NCBI GenBank assembly: GCA_050115495.1
Contig: JASFQK010000001.1
Span: forward strand, 160,001-224,000
DNA length: 64,000 nucleotides
From: Phycisphaerae bacterium
GTDB taxonomy: Bacteria > Planctomycetota > Phycisphaerae > UBA1845 > Fen-1342
Direction: 5' to 3'
Shown: positions 1 through 10,978 of the stretch, piece after piece
Layout of the letters: each line of letters begins with the position of its first letter
Numbering within the stretch: the first letter of the stretch is position 1
The notes under the pieces: model-generated
Seen by the model: only the letters and a program-made list of their open reading frames with translations
What the model was told of the DNA's origin: nothing
The model's database searches: none
Made by a program: the position numbers and the translations under genes

Positions 1-774
1 CTCGACCGCATCCTGCCGGGGACGGATGCTGAGATCGCGGCCGAGGCGCACAAGCTGTTCCAGAAGCAGGGGCTCACGTTCCGGCTCGGCTCGCGGGTGA
101 CGGCGGCGCGCGTCGTCGACGGCGAGTGCGTCGTCGAATGTGCCGACGCGGAGCCGGTGCGGGCCGACCGCGTGCTGCTGGCGGTCGGCCGAGCGCCGAA
201 CGCGGACGGGCTCGGGCTCGACGCCGTCGGGCTGAAGCTCGACGAGCGCGGGCGCGTGCCGGTCGATGACCATTTCGCGACCGCCGTCCCGGGTATCTAT
301 GCCATCGGCGACGTGATCCGCGGACCGATGCTCGCTCACAAGGCTGAGGAGGAGGGGATCGCCTGCGTCGAGCGGATCGCGACCGGTTTCGGCCACGTCA
401 ATTACGACGCGATACCGGCGGTTTGCTACACGCACCCCGAAGTCGCCGGCGTCGGGCGGACCGAGGAGCAATTGCGCGAGGCGGGCGTCGAGTACCGCTC
501 GGGCGTGTTCCAGTTCCGCGGCAATGGGCGGGCCCGGGCCGTCGGCGAGGTCGACGGGCGAGTGAAGGTGCTCGCCGACGCGAAGACCGATCGGCTGCTG
601 GGTGTGCACATTCTCGGACTACAGGCAGGTGATCTCATCGCCGAGGCGACGGTCGCGATGGAGTTCGGGGCGAGCGCCGAGGATCTGGCGCGGTGCTGCC
701 ACGCGCATCCGACGCTGGCGGAGGCGTTGAAGGAGGCGGCGCTGGCGGTCAGTGGGCGGGCGATTCACGCCTGA
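1..774 (+). CDS. lpdA: Dihydrolipoamide dehydrogenase (E3), 5'-truncated by the window edge
   Basis: Frame is open from base 1 (LDRILPGTDAEIA...); motifs VLLAVGRAPN, IYAIGDVIRGPMLAHKAEEEG and C-terminal HAHPTLAE. Confidence 0.95.
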   Translation, partial: LDRILPGTDAEIAAEAHKLFQKQGLTFRLGSRVTAARVVDGECVVECADAEPVRADRVLLAVGRAPNADGLGLDAVGLKLDERGRVPVDDHFATAVPGIYAIGDVIRGPMLAHKAEEEGIACVERIATGFGHVNYDAIPAVCYTHPEVAGVGRTEEQLREAGVEYRSGVFQFRGNGRARAVGEVDGRVKVLADAKTDRLLGVHILGLQAGDLIAEATVAMEFGASAEDLARCCHAHPTLAEALKEAALAVSGRAIHA

Positions 775-784
775 CGCGCGGGCG

Positions 785-1888
785 TCATTGCCCGCCAGAA
801 GCCGCCAGTTGGTACGCTTCGAGCGTCTTCTCCGCGGCGGCAGACCAGGTGTACTCGGTCCGCACGCGCTCGGTCAGTCGCGCCGGCGGCGGGGCGGCGA
901 GGGCGGCTTCGACGGCTCGGCGGATCGACGCCACATCGTTCGGCGTGCAGTAATGGGCGTTGTCGCCGAAGTACTCGCGCGTTGACCCGCCGGGGGTGAT
1001 GACCAGGTTGCAGCCGCACAGGGCCGCTTCGAGGCTGGCCAGGCCGGGGGTTTCGTACCAACTGACGCAGGCGTGCACGCGGGCCCGGCGGTAGAGATCG
1101 CCGAGGGCCCGCGGCCGCTGCTGGCCGAGGAACGTGACGTTCGGGCCGGCAGCGCGAAGACAGCGGCGGTAGTACGTGTGGCTGTAGCGCCCGGGCTGGC
1201 CGACCAGCGTCAGCGGAGTGCCGGCGGGATTCAGGGCTTCGATAAGGGCGAGTTGGTTCTTCCGCGGCTCGATCCGGCCGACGCAAAGAACGCCGGCTCG
1301 CTCCGGTGGTGCGTCGGATGATGGCGCGTCGAACGCGCTGGCGTCGGCGGCGTTGGGCACGACGACGGTCGGGCGATCGACGCCGAAGTGTTGGCGAATG
1401 GCGTCCTGTTCGGCGCGGCTGTTGGGCAGAATGACGGCGGCGGTCTCCAGGACGTGGCGGGCGGCGTCGTGGAAGCCCCAGCGGCGCGCTCGCAGGGCGG
1501 CCGCCGACGGATGTCGGGCAACGTGCAGCACCCAGCGCTGAAACAGGCGGAGGTTTTCGTACGTTCGGCTGCCGGCGAGGCGGGCGAGTCGGCCTTGAAC
1601 CCCGGCCCGACCGCCCCGATCGAACTCGTCCGGCGGCCAGTAGATCGTGCTGAGGACGGCGGGTCGGCCGGCGGCGCGGATGCGCCGGCAATGCGCCTCG
1701 TTCTCCCACAAGCGGTCGAGGTGGAAGAGGTGGACGACGTCGCAGCCGGCAAGCGGCGCCGCCGATTCACTGCTGAGTTCGACCTCGACCCCTCGCGCCC
1801 GCAGCGCGTCGGCGGTGCGCAGGATCTGCGTTGTATCCCCGCCGGGGTGTTGCGTCAGGTTCTCTCGAACGATCCAGAGGGCGCGCAT
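785..1888 (-). CDS. Glycosyltransferase family 4 (GT-B)
   Basis: PGGDTTQ, VGRIEPRKNQ and the ETPGLASLEA (ExxGxxxxEA) motif. Confidence 0.9.
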   Translation of the reverse strand: MRALWIVRENLTQHPGGDTTQILRTADALRARGVEVELSSESAAPLAGCDVVHLFHLDRLWENEAHCRRIRAAGRPAVLSTIYWPPDEFDRGGRAGVQGRLARLAGSRTYENLRLFQRWVLHVARHPSAAALRARRWGFHDAARHVLETAAVILPNSRAEQDAIRQHFGVDRPTVVVPNAADASAFDAPSSDAPPERAGVLCVGRIEPRKNQLALIEALNPAGTPLTLVGQPGRYSHTYYRRCLRAAGPNVTFLGQQRPRALGDLYRRARVHACVSWYETPGLASLEAALCGCNLVITPGGSTREYFGDNAHYCTPNDVASIRRAVEAALAAPPPARLTERVRTEYTWSAAAEKTLEAYQLAASGGQ

Positions 1889-1958
1889 GCTGGTCTCGGG
1901 AAGGCGGTCCGTTCGGGCATGCTGGAGCCGGGCGCGCCCGGCGTCAAGTGAGTGTGAT

Positions 1959-2456
1959 CTAGCTGGGAATGCGTGGATTGTGTCGTACGGTGTGCCGGCG
2001 GGCGGGATTGCGTCGGGCCGTCGAGCGACGGACGGCGCCGCACTCCGGGCACCGCCCGCTGACGTTCCCGGTTAGGTCGTAGCCGCACGCTCGGCACCGT
2101 CCGGTCGGGTGTCGTCGCCGGGCGCAGAACGCGAGCAGGCCCGTTGCCGCACCCATCGCGAGAACGATGGGCCACAGCGGCACCGGCTCGCGGTCTGACA
2201 GGAGCAGGAGACTCTCCGAGCTGCTGGGCGCGGCGTGGGCCATCCCGTAGCTCTCCAGTGTGGCCAGCGCGCAGGCCCCTTCGAAGATGTACAGCGCGCC
2301 CTGCCCTACCGTTATGACAACCGGCGAGACGAAGCTCGCCGCGAACACGATCAGGAGCAGAAGAGACACGGCCCCCGCGAGCCACCCACAAACTGTGAGA
2401 AACCGCTTCACGACGTGCACCCTGGCCATCGCGGCTCTTGCCCCCGCTCGCTTCAT
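1959..2456 (-). CDS. Small membrane protein with C-terminal zinc ribbon; start uncertain (2429/2456/2483)
   Basis: Two hydrophobic segments followed by CRACGYDLTGNVSGRCPECG, a pattern common in Phycisphaerae. Confidence 0.7.
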   Translation of the reverse strand: MKRAGARAAMARVHVVKRFLTVCGWLAGAVSLLLLIVFAASFVSPVVITVGQGALYIFEGACALATLESYGMAHAAPSSSESLLLLSDREPVPLWPIVLAMGAATGLLAFCARRRHPTGRCRACGYDLTGNVSGRCPECGAVRRSTARRNPARRHTVRHNPRIPS

Positions 2457-2691
2457 TCTGCGATTTTGGCGGTGCGGCTGCAATAGCAGGTTCCGCCGAC
2501 CGGGCAGTCTCGGTGGGTGCTCGTCGGCGCTGGATCAAGTGGTTACGACCGAAGCGGGGCGCCTGGATGGTTTCTTCGCGCCAGACGTCACAGGAAAAAA
2601 CAGAAATTAATAGAAATTATTTTGGCTATGCCGTTGGGGTCTGGATCTCATTTAGTGCTATACATAGGAGTTACTTTGGAGATAATCTACC

Positions 2692-2706
2692 GGATATAGT
2701 ATATCC
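2692..2706. promoter_or_regulatory. Perfect inverted repeat GGATATA-G-TATATCC in an AT-rich intergenic region; candidate operator
   Basis: 7-bp arms read directly; lies upstream of an XRE regulator. Confidence 0.5.
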
Positions 2707-2858
2707 TAACATCCTGCGTACTTTATAGAGTGATATAGTGAAATATAGATGTTAAATTTCGATGTATGATCTAGCAGTGGCACTCCGTGGTCTGCGCTCG
2801 TGTGCGCTCAGCCGGGTCACTGGCGGGGTTGCCCAGTCTATCACTAGCTCGGTGCCGG

Positions 2859-3416
2859 ATGTCTGTTGAGCCTATGACATTCTGGGAGCTGTGCAAAGAG
2901 AAGCGCCGGGGCAACGGCTGGACGCAGGGCTACGTCGCCGAGCAGATCGGCACGCACCAGTCGTCGATCAGCGCGTTCGAACGCGGACGGCTCGACGTCC
3001 TGGCGCGGGGGAAGATCGTGCAACTCGGCGAACTGCTCGGCCTGGATGTCGAGGCCGCGCTCGATGACTACGACCTCTCGGGGCGGGCGGGGCTGCGGCT
3101 GTGTCCGTCGCGCGATTGCCCGACGGCGGAGGCGTGGCCAGCTGGTGACCGGATCGTGCTGGCGCCGCGGCTGGTGCGGATTACCTCGCGGAAGCAGAAG
3201 TACTGCCCGGCGTGTGGCGAGGTTCTGGCTGTCGCTACCTGCCCGAATTGCGGGATACCCTGGGAGGAGCACCAGGCCGTTTGTCCGGAGTGTCGTTATC
3301 AGCTTCTGGCGCCTCTGACGGCGGCGGAGCGCCGGCAGGTTGCGGAGGCGGTGCAGTTTGTGCAGCAGCGCCAGGCGGTTGTTCCGCCGCTGGCGGGGAG
3401 TGTGAGACAGCGCTAG
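2859..3416 (+). CDS. XRE-family HTH regulator with C-terminal zinc ribbons
   Basis: HTH_3-like WTQGYVAEQIGTHQSSISAFERG; Cys pairs CPSRDC, CPAC, CPNC, CPEC. Confidence 0.8.
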   Translation: MSVEPMTFWELCKEKRRGNGWTQGYVAEQIGTHQSSISAFERGRLDVLARGKIVQLGELLGLDVEAALDDYDLSGRAGLRLCPSRDCPTAEAWPAGDRIVLAPRLVRITSRKQKYCPACGEVLAVATCPNCGIPWEEHQAVCPECRYQLLAPLTAAERRQVAEAVQFVQQRQAVVPPLAGSVRQR

Positions 3417-3442
3417 TGTAGCAGCGATCACAGGGGAGTGAC

Positions 3443-5008
3443 GTGACTGTGCAGTTGACGGGGCCGACGGGCAATCGGGGAGCCGGTGGCACACCCCCCG
3501 GTCAGCCGCAGCCGGGCGGATCGTTCGACTGGAAGGCGCCGCTCGCCGCCGTGGCTGAATGGCTCGGTGGGCCGTGCAAGGTCATTGCCAGCGTCATTGC
3601 CAGCGTCATCTGCGTTCCCTGGAGGCTGGTTCGGCGCGGCGACAACTGGGCGAAGCGCGTCGTGGGTGCGGTCCTGTTGCTCATGCTGCTGCTCTCAGCT
3701 TGGGAGGCCTTGGCGCTTACGCCGTACAGCCAGTTCGCGTTGCACCCGCTGATCGCGGCGTGCTTCCAACCGGATCCGTCATTCGACGTGCAGACGGGTG
3801 TTCTTCGACCGCGCTACTGCAACGTCCTGCTCGCGCTGCAGGGCATCCCGGACAAGACGACCGTGGATTCCTTCAGCGTCAGTGTAGGCGAGAAGTGCGT
3901 GGATCCATCGGATCTCACGCTGCGCACGGGCGTTCTGGTCGTGCCGGCGTCCGCGTTTCGGTGGGGCATGTACGCGGACGACAAGCAGACCATCGAGCTG
4001 TTCTACAAGGAGGAGTGGATCGGGCGGAAGCAGGTTGCCTTGGCTGAGGAGCCGCTATTCGTCGCGAGGGAATCACAAACCGTCCACGCCCTGGATGGTT
4101 CGCGGCCGGCCCTGCGCGAGCTCGAGCAGTCCCTGCGATCGGCCGGGGCAGACGGGGCGATGTACTTGGTCGGGCGGGATGGTGTTGACGTGAACTTGCC
4201 GTCGGAGGTCGCGAAGGCGCCGAAACACTTCGCACTGCGGCTGTTTCGCGGCATCGCGAACGCAGACCTGCCGCTGGCCGGGGACAAGGTGCATCTTAGC
4301 ACGGAGCAACTGCTGCTGGGTGTGCGCGCGCCGTACGGCCACACCTACGGAAACCTCTGCTGCGACGGCGAGCCGCATGCGGTCATCGACTTTGTTCTCT
4401 TCGCTGCACCGCTGCTGGAGAACCGAAGGCTTCCGCCCGGGAAGGACGCTCACTGGGACTACGATGCCCAGGGTTCCCCCGATATGGTGCGGGCGCATGA
4501 CGATCTGATCATCACGCCGAGACGAGACCCACCGCACTACAACGTGTACTTCGAGGCACAGCGCGTGCCCGCTGCCGAGGGACTCTGGATCCTGGAGTTG
4601 AATGTTCAGGGTCTGGGTGAAGGGACGATGGCCCTAGCGATCCGCGATGTGCTCGAGTTCGTCATGCCGGCCGGCGTGGGCGAGCGACACGCCGACCTGA
4701 AGCTGCACGAGCAGTTGTTCGCGGCCGCCGGGCCGGAAGCGTGGTCCCTCAGATTCGCTCCGTGGAATGGCGTGGTGACGCTCGACGACGACCTCTGGCA
4801 CACGCTCACGTTGGTTGTGCGCATTTGGTGGGAACCCGACACAGGGCTGTACTGCTGGAAGGTGAGAGGCTACATCGACGACGTCTGCATCGGCGAGGCG
4901 ACCGTTTGCAGCGAGACACTGCCGGCGTCGCTCGAGCCGGAGTTCCGGCTCCGCGGGGCGCGCGGCACCATCGTGCACGGCGTCCGGGAGTACTTCGTGC
5001 CGGCGTAG
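3443..5008 (+). CDS. Hypothetical membrane-anchored protein, possible C-terminal LamG/ConA-like beta-sandwich
   Basis: 521-aa ORF 26 bp after the XRE gene; TM segment VVGAVLLLMLLLSAW; LDDDLWHTLTL...GYIDD pattern. Confidence 0.65.
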   Translation: MTVQLTGPTGNRGAGGTPPGQPQPGGSFDWKAPLAAVAEWLGGPCKVIASVIASVICVPWRLVRRGDNWAKRVVGAVLLLMLLLSAWEALALTPYSQFALHPLIAACFQPDPSFDVQTGVLRPRYCNVLLALQGIPDKTTVDSFSVSVGEKCVDPSDLTLRTGVLVVPASAFRWGMYADDKQTIELFYKEEWIGRKQVALAEEPLFVARESQTVHALDGSRPALRELEQSLRSAGADGAMYLVGRDGVDVNLPSEVAKAPKHFALRLFRGIANADLPLAGDKVHLSTEQLLLGVRAPYGHTYGNLCCDGEPHAVIDFVLFAAPLLENRRLPPGKDAHWDYDAQGSPDMVRAHDDLIITPRRDPPHYNVYFEAQRVPAAEGLWILELNVQGLGEGTMALAIRDVLEFVMPAGVGERHADLKLHEQLFAAAGPEAWSLRFAPWNGVVTLDDDLWHTLTLVVRIWWEPDTGLYCWKVRGYIDDVCIGEATVCSETLPASLEPEFRLRGARGTIVHGVREYFVPA

Positions 5009-5051
5009 TTGATTTTGCGCAGACTCGCCGCAGGTGGTGGCCGCCGCCGCG

Positions 5052-6041
<990 letters not shown>

Positions 6042-6131
6042 CGTTTGCGCTCCTTTCGCGCCTGATGGCGGGGATTGTTCGCGAATGCGAGATTATAGCC
6101 CCGGCGCGCAACGGGACGCGAAAGGACGGGT

Positions 6132-8435
6132 TCAGGACTGCTGAGGCGGCGTCGACGGTCGGCGAGGCAGGAGGACGTGTGCAGTCGTTTCCTGGTCGGC
6201 GATGCTTTCGAGCCAGATGCGCCCATTGTGGCCTTCGACGATGCGGAAGGCACGGGGCAGGCCGAGGCCGCGGCTGCGACCGGCCCGGCGGTGGGAGAAG
6301 AACGGGTCGAAGGCCCGCTGGAGGACGGCGGGCGACATGCCGCAACCGGTATCGCGGACGATCGCCTCGACGAAGTCCGGAGCCACCGCTGGCCGGCAGG
6401 TCATGACGATGCTCCCGCCGCCGGTGACGGCCTCGCCGGCGTTGTCGAGGAGTTCGGTGAAGACGGCCAGGAGCTGCTCGCGATCGCCGCGGATCCAGGT
6501 GTCGGCGTCATCCGGGCCGGCGGACCATGGCTCGAGCCTCAGCCGTTCCGCGGGGTAATCGTGCCGAGCCAGCCAGGTGTCACGGGCGTCGGCGAGCACT
6601 TCGGCCAGATCGACGTCGTCGAGCGTGGGCGATCGCGGCCGGGCGAAGTCCATCAGCTCGGAGACGATGTGGCTGCACTCGTGAGCCTTCAACTGGATCA
6701 TCTCGAGCGCCCGGCGGGCTTCCGGATCCTCGTGGGTGGCGGCGAGCATCTGCGCCCGGCCGGAGATCACCGTCAGCGGGCTGTTCAATTCGTGGCCCGC
6801 GCCGGCGGCCATCTCGGCGATCATGGAGAGCGTGCGTGAACGCAGCAACTCGCCCTGCATCTGCTGTAACCGGCGATTCGCCTCGGCCAGATCGTCGGAG
6901 AGCCGGCGGGCCGCGGCCTGCGCGTTCGCCCGCCCGAGCGCCAGCCCCAGGCTGGCCAGGAAGCAGCGCAGGTCGTCCTGCTCCTCCAGCAGCCGGCTGC
7001 GCTCGTCGGCCTCGGACCAGTAGATCAGGCCACCGATGACCTGACCGTCGTGCACGATCGGGACGAGCCACGGCGTGCCGGCGTCGGGGCGCGGGCCCAG
7101 CGGGTCGAGCTCGGCGAGGATCACCGCCGGCGCTCGCGTGACGGTCGTGCCCAGAATGCCGCCCGGCTCGCGCAGCCAATCGGCCAGCGTCGCGTTGACG
7201 CTCTGCGACTGGCAGAGGCCCGGCGTCATTTCGGCCCGGGCCTGGCAGACGTCGATGGTCCCGCGGTCATCACGCAGGCCGAAGGCGGCGACGTGCGACC
7301 GCTGAAATGCCGTGGCGCCGGCCCGCACCATCGCCGTCACGACGGCGGGCGGGTCGGACCACGCGTTGAGTTGTTTGTCGAAGACGGTGATCGCGCGGAA
7401 GTACCGGGCGCCGGCGGCCAGTCGCTGGCCGTTCAGAGCCAATTCGGTGTTCAGCTTGCCGAGCTCGCGGTTCGCCTGCGCCATGGCCTGCACGTACAGC
7501 GTCTCGGTCCCTTCGCGGTGCAGGCCCAGCAGCTCGGCGTGGTGCTCGACGTCGGAGATCAGTTCAGTGACGGCCTCGGCGACCTGCTTGTCGCTGAACC
7601 CCAGCCGTGCGGCCAGTCGTGGGGAATTCTCGTAGAACGTGTGGTTGCCGGAGTACCCGACACGCTGCTCGCGGGCCAGCGTATCCGCCAACTGCACGAT
7701 GCTGATCATCTCCCGCGAGATAACCGAAGACGGCAGCGTCTCGGCGGCGAGGTGATGCAGCCAAACCACTTCCTGGAGCATGCGCGGCAACCGCCAGCGC
7801 TCGGCGAGCTGCCGGCCGGCGACGGTGTGATCGGCGCCGAGCACCGCCCGCTCCGCGTCGGCGATGTCGCCGCGCGACTCGTTTACACGCGAGGCGGCGC
7901 GGTCGTAAGCTTTGGGAAAGACCGCGCTTAGGGCGACCTTGCCGATGTCGTGCAGCAGGCCGGCGACGAAGGCGTCCTGCGGCTCAATGTTCATCTCGGG
8001 TCGGGCGGCGCACAGCCGCTGTGCCACGCAGGCCACCGCCAACGAATGCTTCCAGAACCGCGCCCGATCGAACGCGCCCGTCACAGGGTCGGCGTCGGTG
8101 ACCGGGAAGCAGTCGAAAACGCTCACGGACAGGACGATGCTGCGGACGGCGGCGAAGCCCAGCAGCGGCACCGCCTTCTCCAGCGTCGAGACCGGAGCGC
8201 ACACGCCCGCCCACGACGAGCCGGCGATCGACAGGATTCGAGTGGTCAGCGACTGGTCGCCGCGCAGCACCGAGACGAGGCTCTTTGTGTCGCTGGAGGG
8301 GTCGCCGGTGACTTGCAAGACGCGGACTGCAATGACCGATAATGTTGGCAGGCTGTCGAGATGGGTGAGGACGAGCTCGGCGTTGGGTCGCCCGCTCGTT
8401 TCGACGCTCAGTCCAGGCTGGCGCTCTTCATGCAC
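6132..8435 (-). CDS. HDOD-domain sensor histidine kinase (HDOD - GAF-like - HisKA - HATPase)
   Basis: LPTL...FWKHSLAVA...AGLLHDIGK (HDOD); H-box AGHELNSPL; DNA, DTGCG, FDPFFS and GLGL boxes. Confidence 0.9.
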   Translation of the reverse strand: MHEERQPGLSVETSGRPNAELVLTHLDSLPTLSVIAVRVLQVTGDPSSDTKSLVSVLRGDQSLTTRILSIAGSSWAGVCAPVSTLEKAVPLLGFAAVRSIVLSVSVFDCFPVTDADPVTGAFDRARFWKHSLAVACVAQRLCAARPEMNIEPQDAFVAGLLHDIGKVALSAVFPKAYDRAASRVNESRGDIADAERAVLGADHTVAGRQLAERWRLPRMLQEVVWLHHLAAETLPSSVISREMISIVQLADTLAREQRVGYSGNHTFYENSPRLAARLGFSDKQVAEAVTELISDVEHHAELLGLHREGTETLYVQAMAQANRELGKLNTELALNGQRLAAGARYFRAITVFDKQLNAWSDPPAVVTAMVRAGATAFQRSHVAAFGLRDDRGTIDVCQARAEMTPGLCQSQSVNATLADWLREPGGILGTTVTRAPAVILAELDPLGPRPDAGTPWLVPIVHDGQVIGGLIYWSEADERSRLLEEQDDLRCFLASLGLALGRANAQAAARRLSDDLAEANRRLQQMQGELLRSRTLSMIAEMAAGAGHELNSPLTVISGRAQMLAATHEDPEARRALEMIQLKAHECSHIVSELMDFARPRSPTLDDVDLAEVLADARDTWLARHDYPAERLRLEPWSAGPDDADTWIRGDREQLLAVFTELLDNAGEAVTGGGSIVMTCRPAVAPDFVEAIVRDTGCGMSPAVLQRAFDPFFSHRRAGRSRGLGLPRAFRIVEGHNGRIWLESIADQETTAHVLLPRRPSTPPQQS

Positions 8436-9024
8436 CGACCAGTTCCGTTATCCGGCTCACAAGCTGTTCAATGTTAAACGGCTTCTGAATGAAGTCGTCC
8501 GCGCCGTCTTCGAGTAGCTTATCTCTGTCTTCCGGATCGACGACGCCGGAGACAATGATGATCTTAACGTCTTGCAGCGAATCATCGTTACGGATGCTGC
8601 GGCAGACGGCGTTTCCGTTGATATCGGGCAACATGTAATCGAGCACGATCACGTCGGGCTTGAACTCGCGCGTTCGCAGGCCGGCGTCGAAACCGGTTAC
8701 TGCCGTCTGGACCTCGAACCGCCCGTCGCGCTCCAGAACTTCGACCAGCATTTCCACGATCGCCGGATCGTCATCCACCACCAGCACGCGCGTCTTCCCG
8801 GTCTCGAGTTGATCGAGCGGGATGCTGTTCTCTTTCATGAACTGAATGAGGCTGTCGCGTGGGATTCGGCGGAAGCGCGAACCGGGTACACGAAACCCCT
8901 TTAGTCGTCCACTGTCGAAGCAGCGGATAACCGTCTGCTGGCTCAGATTACAGATCTCCGCCACCTCGCCCGTGGTGAATATGCTCTTGGCGAGCGTGGG
9001 GCCGGTCTGATGATTTCTACGCAT
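8428..9024 (-). CDS. Response regulator with N-terminal excisionase/MerR-like HTH
   Basis: FTTGEVAEICNLSQQTVIRCFDSG HTH; REC motifs VVDDD, VLDYMLP, KPF; 8-bp overlap with the kinase gene. Confidence 0.9.
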   Translation of the reverse strand: MRRNHQTGPTLAKSIFTTGEVAEICNLSQQTVIRCFDSGRLKGFRVPGSRFRRIPRDSLIQFMKENSIPLDQLETGKTRVLVVDDDPAIVEMLVEVLERDGRFEVQTAVTGFDAGLRTREFKPDVIVLDYMLPDINGNAVCRSIRNDDSLQDVKIIIVSGVVDPEDRDKLLEDGADDFIQKPFNIEQLVSRITELVGA

Positions 9025-9063
9025 GGGTTGCTCGCAGGGTTATCTATGTTACCCACATTGACA

Positions 9064-9092
9064 ATTATACATCGTGGTGGGTGTCCTGGCAA
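9064..9092 (-). promoter_or_regulatory. Sigma70-type promoter for the regulator/kinase pair
   Basis: TTGCCA-N17-TATAAT on the minus strand. Confidence 0.6.
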
Positions 9093-9112
9093 GCTGGGAA
9101 AACATGGACAGG

Positions 9113-10954
9113 TCAAGCAGAATTTGCGCTACCTGTGCGTTGGTGGGCGGAGAGGTGGACAATGAGCATCGAGACGTCCGTTGGGTGGATGCCGCTGACG
9201 CGGGCGGCCTGGCCGATGCTACGGGGTTGGACGGCGGACCAGCGCTCGACGGCCTCGCGTCGGAGGTGGGGAATGCTCGCGAAGTCGAAGTCGGCGGGGA
9301 GGAGTTGGTCCTCGAGCTGGCGGAACCGCTCCACGGCGCGCTGTTCGCGTTCGAGGTAGCCGGCGTACTTCACCTCGACCAGCCCACGCGCCCAGACGTC
9401 GGCCTCGCTGGCGTAGACCGCCAGCTCGGGGAAGAGGGCGACAAATCGGCGGCCGTCTTCCTCGGGGCGCTTCAGCCACTCGTGCAGCGTACGGCCTTCG
9501 TGACGGAGCGTGCGGAGGGCGGCGAGCAGGTCCATTGTCCGGGAGCGCTTACGCTCGAAGCGCGCCCAGCGTTCATCGTCCACAAGGCCGATCTCGCGGC
9601 CGAGGGGTGTCAAGCGGGTGTCGGCGTTGTCGTAGCGCAGGTGCATGCGGTGCTCAGCGCGCGACGTGAACATGCGGTACGGCTCAGTGATTCCACGAGT
9701 GACGAGGTCGTCAATCATTACGCCGATGTAGGCCTGGTCGCGGCCGAGCGTAACCGGTTCCGAGCCGCCGATGTGCCGGACAGCGTTTACGCCGGCGAGG
9801 AGCCCCTGCCCTGCTGCCTCTTCGTAACCGCTGGTGCCGTTGATCTGGCCGGCGAGGAAGAGGTTAAGGATCGTCTTTGTCGCGAGGCCGGGAGTGATCT
9901 GTTCCGGAGGGATGAAGTCGTACTCGATGGCGTAGCCCCACTGCACGACGTGCGCGAGCTCGAGGCCGGGGATGCGGGCGACGATCGCCGCCTGGACGTC
10001 CTGCGGCAGTGACGTGCTGACGCCGTTGAGGTAGATGCGGTCGCTGTCGCGGCCCTCGGGTTCGAGGAAGAGTTGATGTTGCTTCTTGTCGGCGAAGCGG
10101 ATGATCTTGGTCTCGATGCTCGGGCAGTAGCGCGGGCCCTGCGATTGGATTTGGCCGGAGAAGAGCGGGGCGCGGTGCAGGTTGGCGCGGATGATCTCGT
10201 GGACGTCGGCGTTCGTAGCGCTCAGCCAGCAAGAGACTTGTGGCTGGGTGATGTGGTCGGTGAGGAAGGAGAACGGTGCCGGGTCGACGTCGCCGGCTTG
10301 TTCGGTGAGGCGCGAGAAGTCGATCGAGCGGCGATCGATGCGGGGCGGCGTGCCGGTCTTGAGGCGTTCGAGGCGCAGGCCGAGGGCGGCGAGCGAGGTG
10401 CTGAGGTCGTTCGCGGGCGGTTCGCCGATGCGGCCGCCGGGGGTCTGCTCTTCGCCCGTATGCATCAGCCCGCGGAGGAACGTGCCGGAAGCCACCACGA
10501 CGGCGCCGGCGGATAGCGTCCGGCCGTCGCCAAGTGTGACGCCGGTAACGCGACGTGTGTCGTCCGCAGCGACGATGGCGGACGCTTCGCCTTCGATGAT
10601 GTCGAGGTTGGGGCAGTTTTCGAGGTATCGCAGAAGGACGGCGGGGTAGAGGTCGCTGTCGATCTGGGCGCGCGGGGCCCAGACGGCGGGGCCCTTGCGG
10701 CGGTTGAGCATGCGGAACTGGATGCCGGCCTCGTCGGTGACGCGGCCCATGAGACCGCCGAGGGCGTCAATCTCGCGGACGATTTGTCCTTTGCCGATGC
10801 CGCCGACGGCGGGGTTGCAGGAGGGTCGGCCGATGGCGGCGCGGGCGAAGGTGATGAGCGCGGTCTTGGCGCCGAGGCGGGCGGCGGCCCAGGCGGCTTC
10901 GGCGCCGGCGTGTCCGCCGCCGATCACGATGACGTCAAAACAGGGCGCGGGCAT
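9113..10954 (-). CDS. mnmG: tRNA uridine-34 carboxymethylaminomethyl modification enzyme MnmG/GidA
   Basis: GGGHAG, SCNPAVGGIGKG, KTGTPPR, GPRYCPSIE, AGQINGTSGYEEAA, EPYRMFTSRAE. Confidence 0.97.
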   Translation of the reverse strand: MPAPCFDVIVIGGGHAGAEAAWAAARLGAKTALITFARAAIGRPSCNPAVGGIGKGQIVREIDALGGLMGRVTDEAGIQFRMLNRRKGPAVWAPRAQIDSDLYPAVLLRYLENCPNLDIIEGEASAIVAADDTRRVTGVTLGDGRTLSAGAVVVASGTFLRGLMHTGEEQTPGGRIGEPPANDLSTSLAALGLRLERLKTGTPPRIDRRSIDFSRLTEQAGDVDPAPFSFLTDHITQPQVSCWLSATNADVHEIIRANLHRAPLFSGQIQSQGPRYCPSIETKIIRFADKKQHQLFLEPEGRDSDRIYLNGVSTSLPQDVQAAIVARIPGLELAHVVQWGYAIEYDFIPPEQITPGLATKTILNLFLAGQINGTSGYEEAAGQGLLAGVNAVRHIGGSEPVTLGRDQAYIGVMIDDLVTRGITEPYRMFTSRAEHRMHLRYDNADTRLTPLGREIGLVDDERWARFERKRSRTMDLLAALRTLRHEGRTLHEWLKRPEEDGRRFVALFPELAVYASEADVWARGLVEVKYAGYLEREQRAVERFRQLEDQLLPADFDFASIPHLRREAVERWSAVQPRSIGQAARVSGIHPTDVSMLIVHLSAHQRTGSANSA

Positions 10955-10978
10955 AGGACTAATGAATATGGTAGCGGG

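Noticed and set aside
8428..9024. Excisionase-like HTH as a sign of a prophage
   Set aside because: Fused to a REC domain next to a kinase; no phage or integrase genes
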